DNA of 34,819 bases from Thermoproteota archaeon. GTDB taxonomy: Archaea > Asgardarchaeota > Njordarchaeia > Njordarchaeales > Panguiarchaeaceae. The DNA is taken from the NCBI GenBank assembly GCA_024720975.1, contig JANJXX010000010.1, forward strand, positions 1 to 34,819. Direction: 5' to 3'. The translations under genes were made by a program, and so were the position numbers. Positions 28,566 to 34,819 of the stretch are shown here, one piece after another (position 1 is the stretch's first letter; every line of letters starts with the position of its first letter). The notes beneath the pieces are model-generated. The model saw nothing but the letters and a program-made list of their open reading frames with translations, was not told where the DNA came from and did no database searches.

Positions 28566-29321
28566 ATGTATATGCTTAGCTCGCAAGCTCTCGTGATCAA
28601 GATTAAGTGCACAATTTGTTCAGCGGAGAATGAAATTTGCATTGACAGGGTAGAGCTAGAAAGTGAACCATCTGGCGTTGTTAGGATTCCAATCGAGCAT
28701 TTCATTCCTCAACCGCATTTACTTGTCATTGACATTGATGCACATGGGACTATTAGAGGAGCATACATCATAAAGGATTACCCACTGCTGGAAGGAGTTC
28801 TAATGGGTGAAATTTTAGATACTATAGGTATTAGCAACTTGTCTAAGCTACTAGCTTGGCTCTTAGTGTATGATGAAGTAGATCTATATGGACGAAATCC
28901 AGATGTCACCAAACTAATTTCTACTTTTCTAAGTCACGTGTTTGGAAACGCTAGAAAGATTTCCTTGGGAAAAGAGAAAGCTAGGGTTAGACTCGACGTT
29001 TCTAATATACCAGAGCCAGAATTTAGTCTGAGCGTAATTAATCGCAGGTTGCAATCAGCCGTCAAAAATATCAAGAGTTCTAGCTCATTAATTGCATTTC
29101 TAAAGAATGAGTTTGAGAGATATGTGACTTATATTAATGTATTTGAAGAGGCTCTTAAAAGCACAAAGCGTCGCTTGACTATGGATGATTTTATTAGAAT
29201 ATCCGAAGGCAAATTACAGAGGGATGAAATCAAGCTGATACTAGCAGTGCTCAAGGCAAGGGGCATCGATGTGAGTAGAAAAGTCGAAATTCCCGAGTTC
29301 AAGATAGCGGAATTATTTTAG
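28566..29321 (+). CDS. hypothetical protein with N-terminal CxxC...H...H zinc domain
   Basis: KCTIC...IEHFIPQPHLLVIDIDAHGTIRG, a helical middle and a possible winged-helix C-terminus. Confidence 0.7.
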   Translation: MYMLSSQALVIKIKCTICSAENEICIDRVELESEPSGVVRIPIEHFIPQPHLLVIDIDAHGTIRGAYIIKDYPLLEGVLMGEILDTIGISNLSKLLAWLLVYDEVDLYGRNPDVTKLISTFLSHVFGNARKISLGKEKARVRLDVSNIPEPEFSLSVINRRLQSAVKNIKSSSSLIAFLKNEFERYVTYINVFEEALKSTKRRLTMDDFIRISEGKLQRDEIKLILAVLKARGIDVSRKVEIPEFKIAELF

Positions 29322-29331
29322 GCGTCTCTAC

Positions 29332-30336
29332 TTGCCTATAATAACTGGGCAAGTTGTTGTTTTTAAATGCCCTCAATGCGGGAGACGAGAGTTCTATACA
29401 GTCAGGAGGGAGGATATTGATGAAGCGCTTTCTCATGAGGTATCTAGAGTAGGATTTTTCCATGGTGACCATATACTTCTTTGTGGGTTAAACAGATTAG
29501 GCGAGCCCGTAACGAGGGGTATAGACTCACCAAACAAAAGAGATTTGTACTCTAGCAATAGGATCTACGCAGAAGGCTTCTTACTAGTGTGTACTGAAAA
29601 CCCACTGGGTAATTTTCAAATAGCTTTAGTTGACACAGACCAAAAAGTACTCGACTTACGCTGCTTTGCTGGAGATCTTAGTTCAATCCTGTTAATATTT
29701 TGGGGAGAAATCGACTCAATACTTAGAGAGTGTAGTTCGCGGGGGTATTTCATAATACCTATGGGTGCTAATCTTATCAAAATGAAAATTAACCACCTGG
29801 TTGCGTTTATCAAGATTATTGAGGGAAGGAATTTAGATAAGAGCATTGAATTCCTATCCAGCATACTTGAGAGGGATGTAGATGCAATAATTTCAGCAGT
29901 TAATAGTATTGATAAGAGTTTAAGGGATTCTTACAAATCGCTTCCTGAGCTTATTTGGTACATCCTTCTCCTTAAAAACGTTTTTCCAATGAATCCACCA
30001 GTGGTGACTTTGAGCAGGGTCATGCACTACATTGAAAATAGGCGCACCAACGTTCCTAATAAGGCTGATGTGGAAAACATTGAGTTGATATTAAGAGCAG
30101 ACGGGACTCTAGTAAGTATCTGTAGCAAATCAGAACTAATACAGCTATCAAAACCTGTAGCAGTCCTACTTGGACACGTCGAGTTTGTGGATTTAATCTA
30201 TGACAATAGAGGCGAAAAGATAAGCTTAGAAACACTTCTGAGGAACATTAAGTGTGAGCATGTGGGGCCTTTTCTAGACTTCCTAAGAGAGTTAGAAAAG
30301 CGTAAATTAGTTGGGATAAGTCCAAAGAAATTGTGA
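29332..30336 (+). CDS. hypothetical protein with N-terminal CxxC...HxxH zinc domain (paralogous domain to upstream gene)
   Basis: KCPQC...FFHGDHILL...RG. Starts 10 nt downstream of the previous gene. Possible C-terminal winged helix (FLRELEKRKLV). Confidence 0.7.
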   Translation: MPIITGQVVVFKCPQCGRREFYTVRREDIDEALSHEVSRVGFFHGDHILLCGLNRLGEPVTRGIDSPNKRDLYSSNRIYAEGFLLVCTENPLGNFQIALVDTDQKVLDLRCFAGDLSSILLIFWGEIDSILRECSSRGYFIIPMGANLIKMKINHLVAFIKIIEGRNLDKSIEFLSSILERDVDAIISAVNSIDKSLRDSYKSLPELIWYILLLKNVFPMNPPVVTLSRVMHYIENRRTNVPNKADVENIELILRADGTLVSICSKSELIQLSKPVAVLLGHVEFVDLIYDNRGEKISLETLLRNIKCEHVGPFLDFLRELEKRKLVGISPKKL

Positions 30337-30360
30337 TTGTATATTTAAAAGTGTGGAGAA

Positions 30361-32130
30361 TTAGCCCTGCTCCATTATCTGTCTGACGAGATCAAGTTTT
30401 CTTCTCTTGTGTTCTTTAAATATTTCTGCTGCTTTTTTGTAGTTCAGTACTTTAACTACCACTGGGAAATTAACTGCTTCTCCATGTATTAGTACCTCCT
30501 GTCTCTCAAGTACTGGTACTACCTTACGAAGTAAACTTGCACGAGGTGTCCCCATTAATGCTGCTCCTATATCTCGCTCATCAGTTAGTGTGAATACAAA
30601 GCTTGTCCACAGCATACTTATTACATCATCGTCTAGCTCACTCGGCTTTTGATCTATCACACAAAGTGTCACGCCTTTCTTTCTCATTTCCCTCGCAATT
30701 TCTCCAAATGGTGACATGCGATAAGTCTCCCTTCCCAAAAAGTTATGCGCCTCCTCTAAGAATATAACTATTTTCGTTTTCAGCTCCTCTCCCCTCACAA
30801 TCATACTCAATATCCTTTCTCTGAGGCGTCTGGCTATAAGGTTTGCCATTATCATGTACAATGGTGTCTCCTTTTCGTACTTACCCATGCTTATTACTAC
30901 ACTCCGACCGTTCTCGCTTACCAAATTGTCAACAATAGCGTCTATTGAACTCTTCTTCGTCTGCTTCTCCTCCTCCGTTATGTATGTGTATGGATAGTTG
31001 AGTAGTTGTTTAAGCTTTGCTGTTTGTGATCTGAAAGACGAACATGCAGACGGTCCAAGCCTATCTTTTATTACTTTTAGAATCATTCTCCTCAGTTTAT
31101 CCGCGTCCTCAACATTAGTTCTTTTCTTTATCTCATCCAAGATTTTTCTTCCTTCAATATCTTTCATCATCTTATCTTCAGAATCCTTATCGAGTATGAG
31201 ACCCCATATCCATAAGTCACCAAGTTTGCATCGTTTGTCTCGTTTTAGGATTGATGCGAACTCTCCCAAATGTTCAAGGAAGCCTTCGCTCACTCCAAAA
31301 ATTGGTGCTATGAGCCTCAAGTCATCTACTGTTAGGTCACTATAGTCTATCCTCAGTTCTTCCAGACCAGCTTCTTTTGCGAGTTCTAGGTCTGGTGTGT
31401 AGCGTAAGAATTTGTTTGAGAACAGGTTCATGCTCGCAATACCATCTGCTATCACATTTCCCTTATTGTCCCTCAGCTTGAGGCTATATTCAGAGTGCAT
31501 ATCAAATATCAGAAGTCTCAATCTCTTACTTTCTTTATCTACTGAACTTTTCTGATCATCGTACAGTATCATGTAACCGGCTAGAATATTGCCTAAGAAT
31601 GTCTTTCCCGTACCTGATTTGCCAAATATACCAAAGCTTAATTCGATCAGCTTCTCTATATCTACCGGTATGTATACTGTTGATTCGCCTGGTACTTTCG
31701 GAGTACCTATATTCCATAAATTCTTCTGATTCTCCTCACCAAAGAATACCTTAATATCCTCTTGGCGCACCTCAACGACGTCTGAATAGAAGTTAGGTAT
31801 TGTATCAGCGCTCCTCGGCATTTCGCCAGAGGATTGACCTAGGAGAGCTATTTCGATAAACCGAGTGTTTACATAGTCCTTGATAGCGTCCATTGCTATG
31901 TCCTTCAATTCATTGCCAATTCTAGATCCATAGAAGCTCTTAACAGTCTCTCCTGCCGATTCTATACCAATGTCAGTTATTACTCCGAGGTAGTGGTGTT
32001 TAGTACCTTTAATTACTACTAGGGCACCAACAGGATAATTCTCGATATTCTCATCCCTAACTAATACTTTCAAACCCCTGCTTAAGCTTCCCTCAATGAC
32101 TTTTCCAAGGGGACCAGCCAACTTATTCAC
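30361..32130 (-). CDS. herA: HerA/FtsK-family ATPase (HAS barrel + DUF87)
   Basis: N-terminal HAS barrel, Walker A GIFGKSGTGKT, IFDMHSEY, Walker B IFLEEAHNFL, IAREMRKKG and DQKPS. Confidence 0.92.
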   Translation of the reverse strand: MNKLAGPLGKVIEGSLSRGLKVLVRDENIENYPVGALVVIKGTKHHYLGVITDIGIESAGETVKSFYGSRIGNELKDIAMDAIKDYVNTRFIEIALLGQSSGEMPRSADTIPNFYSDVVEVRQEDIKVFFGEENQKNLWNIGTPKVPGESTVYIPVDIEKLIELSFGIFGKSGTGKTFLGNILAGYMILYDDQKSSVDKESKRLRLLIFDMHSEYSLKLRDNKGNVIADGIASMNLFSNKFLRYTPDLELAKEAGLEELRIDYSDLTVDDLRLIAPIFGVSEGFLEHLGEFASILKRDKRCKLGDLWIWGLILDKDSEDKMMKDIEGRKILDEIKKRTNVEDADKLRRMILKVIKDRLGPSACSSFRSQTAKLKQLLNYPYTYITEEEKQTKKSSIDAIVDNLVSENGRSVVISMGKYEKETPLYMIMANLIARRLRERILSMIVRGEELKTKIVIFLEEAHNFLGRETYRMSPFGEIAREMRKKGVTLCVIDQKPSELDDDVISMLWTSFVFTLTDERDIGAALMGTPRASLLRKVVPVLERQEVLIHGEAVNFPVVVKVLNYKKAAEIFKEHKRRKLDLVRQIMEQG

Positions 32131-32747
32131 CTAAGAGCCTCGAGAATACATTCGAGATATCTACCAACATTCTTTGGATCAGCCATGTATAGTGGTCTTG
32201 CTAGCGCGCGTACTAAACTTTGGCAGTTGGGATCCTTACTTAGAAAATAGTCCCTGTGTGTAAAGAAAAGCCCACGGAGCGTAAGTGGCTGAGCGCCAGC
32301 CTCTATCACATACCTTAAAAAGTCAAAATTCCATTCTCCATTAGGTCTAAAGAAAGCGTCTAGGAGATCATTAGAGTTCACTAGAAATGCGAGATCATGA
32401 AGTCTCGGCATCGATGCAGGGACATGATATAGTGTATTCCCTTTTACATGACTGGAGTAAACAACTGTTAATACTAGCCTGTGTTGGTAATCAATATCAG
32501 GATACTCCCTTAAAATCTCCTCTCGCCCCTTCCTGAGCGGATGTATTGATCCGTGTCTTGGTTCATGAGCAATGTTGACTGCTAACCCCACGGGTTTGAC
32601 TTGATCTGAGTTTATCGCTATTATCGACCCTACACGAATCTCGGAATAATGTTCTGGGTATACAAAAATGTCTATCTCCCCCGCGCGAACGCAGGCCACT
32701 TCACCTATAGCATTCTCTTTTACAGCAAAGAGGCTCGCCCAAACCAT
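32127..32747 (-). CDS. stand-alone HAS-barrel domain protein
   Basis: IGEV...VGSIIA...VGL..NI...P...P LHD pattern. Overlaps the herA start by 4 nt. Confidence 0.7.
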   Translation of the reverse strand: MVWASLFAVKENAIGEVACVRAGEIDIFVYPEHYSEIRVGSIIAINSDQVKPVGLAVNIAHEPRHGSIHPLRKGREEILREYPDIDYQHRLVLTVVYSSHVKGNTLYHVPASMPRLHDLAFLVNSNDLLDAFFRPNGEWNFDFLRYVIEAGAQPLTLRGLFFTHRDYFLSKDPNCQSLVRALARPLYMADPKNVGRYLECILEALR

Positions 32748-32971
32748 ATGTGCATCAACCTAAGCAAGTTCAGAACTAAGCCGCTTTAATGCTGCCCTCG
32801 TTGTCTCTCAATAATATATAGTATAAGATACAGCGTATTAAATTGGAAGAGTGGAATGAATTAGTTTATCTCAATATAACACAGCTAACCATGAAACTGA
32901 ATACCCTAATGAAACCAAGAAAAAAAGTGGGGAGGAATTAGAATTAGCGTTCAACTAGTCAGGTTAATTAA

Positions 32972-33541
32972 CTAAGCTCCGTGTTTGACTAATATTAGTT
33001 CCGCTAGCGGTATTGCTAGTATCACAATAAAGTATACTATGAGCAAGTCCAGGATAAACGACAGTGGTATAGCCATAGCTAAAAGCACCGATACAATTGC
33101 GTGCAGCGGTCTATCATTGTAAAACGCGTAAATACCAAGGGATAGATAGCTCAAGAAGGCGAATATTGAGATTGAGAGTAGACCACCACCAACTATCAAT
33201 AATGCAAATAGAATTGCCTCTATAGGCGTTTTGAGTACAATTTTTAGTCCCAATGCTGTGGTCGCACCGAAAGATGTTACCGATAAGCTATACATAAGCG
33301 AGAGGATGCAGACTGCCCTAATTTTTTCGCCGTATTTGGGCCAATTCATTAGTATTTTTAAGACACCCAGGAAAGTCAGTAAGCCACTAACTATCAGAAG
33401 AATTAAGACTGGAACAAGATCGCTAGAGATACTCCCAATAACTCCAATAATAACAGCAATTGGTAGATTTATAGCACTGCTGACGCCAAGATAACGTCTT
33501 TCATCTCCCTCTTTCAGCAAACGTAAGATCATCCAAAACAC
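32972..33541 (-). CDS. membrane protein of unknown function
   Basis: About 6 hydrophobic segments. Start uncertain. Confidence 0.6.
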   Translation of the reverse strand: MFWMILRLLKEGDERRYLGVSSAINLPIAVIIGVIGSISSDLVPVLILLIVSGLLTFLGVLKILMNWPKYGEKIRAVCILSLMYSLSVTSFGATTALGLKIVLKTPIEAILFALLIVGGGLLSISIFAFLSYLSLGIYAFYNDRPLHAIVSVLLAMAIPLSFILDLLIVYFIVILAIPLAELILVKHGA

Positions 33542-33687
33542 CTGGGATAGTGCTTTTTATTATCATTTAAAGTATCAAAGCTAAACACTTGTATTATGAA
33601 CTAGTTATGCATAATATTAATTCAGTGTACATGAGTTGACTTCTTAGAGTATATTTCGGTTAACGCTTGGAGAAGTAACCGTTATCA

Positions 33688-34709
33688 TTACCTGAGAAAG
33701 TCTCCCATTTCGTTAAACCACTTTGGCTCCTTGAATTTCATTGAGCATGCTAAGCATATCCTACCTTTAGGTGTTTCGCCCTTCAGAATCTTTCTAATAC
33801 AGCAAAGTACTCTGAGAAGAAGAATTGCGTCGAGCGTTATATAATGCTTCTTATCCTTATGTGAGCAGTAGCTTAGAACTCCTCTAGGCTTTCCGCGTAT
33901 CACATCCTTTAAGATACCTCTTATCGCTTTTTCTTTCGGGTAAGAGGCAAGTTTAAACATGAATTGAGGCATTTTTCCTTCAATTCTTGCTAATCCAATC
34001 TTCGCAAAACCTCCAATCTCTGAAGCATAATTAAGTCTCAACTTTAATTTTCCAACAATCTCCTTATTCCCTATCTCATTTATCAGGTAATCGATCACCT
34101 GATCAAAACATCCCATACAGAAGCTAAAATCTTTAACCGGAATACTTTTCCCCTCTCTAATTCACAGAAGTAGGTTTCTTCTTTACCGCCCTGCTGGATT
34201 TCTCTGGTGATAAACATGCTCTTTCTGCATAGATCCTGAGGAAGGGTTATCTTATTTGTGAGCTTCTCAGTCAAGTCCAGTATATCCCTTATACTTAAAT
34301 AAAACATGATCCAATTAGACCACTTTTCAGGCCCTATCTGGCGGGTGGATGTTCTCTCAATATGATATTTTTCTGGCCTAATGATTAAACGCACTTCTTT
34401 CTTAGTTTCATCTAATTCAACCTCAAGTGTGCACCTTTCCTCTGGGATAATGTAGGCTTCCCTTCCATCCTTAATCGTCCTCTCCCATCCCAAGTCTAGG
34501 GGGCTTTTACCGTATCTGGATGGATGAATAAGCCTTTCGATTGTTATTGGAGGCTTCCCGGAAACCCAACCTCGAAAATTGGCATATATTATTGGAAGCG
34601 GAGTTGGCTTTGGAACCCTAAAGCCAGCGCTGATGAGCTCTTCCTGAAGCTCAAGCGATGCTGGAAAATAAATTTGAAGCGACTCTATATCATAGGTTCC
34701 AACATGCAT
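33688..34709 (-). pseudogene. PhoI-like type II restriction endonuclease gene split by a -1 frameshift (pseudogene, recoded gene or sequence error)
   Basis: ORF 34095-34709 (TYDIES.QIYFP, ITIERLI, YH.ERTS, PEKW.NW, REIQQGGKE) and ORF 33688-34116 (FS.CMGCFD, FAK.G.A.I.GK.PQ, IRGILK, GKPRG.L.YC.H) match consecutive halves of Pyrococcus PhoI as recalled. Joined they give ~340 aa. Confidence 0.65.
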
Positions 34710-34739
34710 GCTTTACTCTTCCTTTTTCATACGATTTAA

Positions 34740-34758
34740 GGGTTTTTATACCTTCTTG
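34740..34758 (-). promoter_or_regulatory. BRE-TATA promoter candidate for the PhoI-like gene
   Basis: Minus strand CAAGAAGG-TATAAAAA-CCC, ~35 nt upstream of ATG 34709. Confidence 0.45.
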
Positions 34759-34819
34759 TTGTTGCAACACTCTTTTGCATTTTAACTCTTTCCTGGAGGA
34801 ATGTTCTAAGCTTTTTAGC

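Noticed and set aside
520-34739. Numerous antisense/shadow ORFs (e.g. 3549-4097, 4598-5257, 15183-15500, 30998-31345)
   Set aside because: They overlap well-supported genes and lack motifs.
34691-34819. 3' end of a cognate methyltransferase at the window edge
   Set aside because: Two minus-strand frames are open but neither shows MTase motifs, and the region contains a promoter-like element. It cannot be decided from this window.
1-34819. CRISPR arrays, tRNA/rRNA genes, transposases, integrases
   Set aside because: No regularly spaced repeats, cloverleaf or GC-rich RNA genes, or recombinase motifs were seen by eye.

Overview
A gene-dense stretch (~40% GC by eye) of a thermophilic, anaerobic archaeal chromosome. 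The family mix suggests an Asgard-related (Njordarchaeia-like) or deep Thermoproteota lineage, which is inference: C2H2 Zn-ribbon orphans, a stand-alone 7TM protein and longin/roadblock-like small proteins. It holds about 33 CDS. These include purA-purB with an ATP-grasp ligase and a HAD hydrolase, DtxR and Lrp regulators, an EVE protein, a tungsten FOR-type oxidoreductase, thiC, a transglutaminase-like protein, a MacB-type ABC/S-layer module, class II GATase, BtpA, NurA, two metallophosphoesterases, superoxide reductase, nitroreductase, RimI/Ard1, and HAS-barrel + HerA. Four signals lie outside the ORF track. (1) Two intergenic C/D-box guide sRNAs; one has perfect boxes and a guide that fits the tRNA-Lys(UUU) wobble U34. 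(2) A PhoI-like restriction-endonuclease gene is split by a -1 frameshift exactly at a G-GGA-AAA slippery heptamer. (3) A nurA / HAS-barrel / herA trio has a geometry that fits a ~10 kb inversion. (4) A 7TM gene lies divergent from two Zn-ribbon paralogs, a candidate signalling or trafficking module. No tRNA, rRNA, CRISPR array or transposase was seen. All family assignments come from motif recognition and memory; no searches were run.
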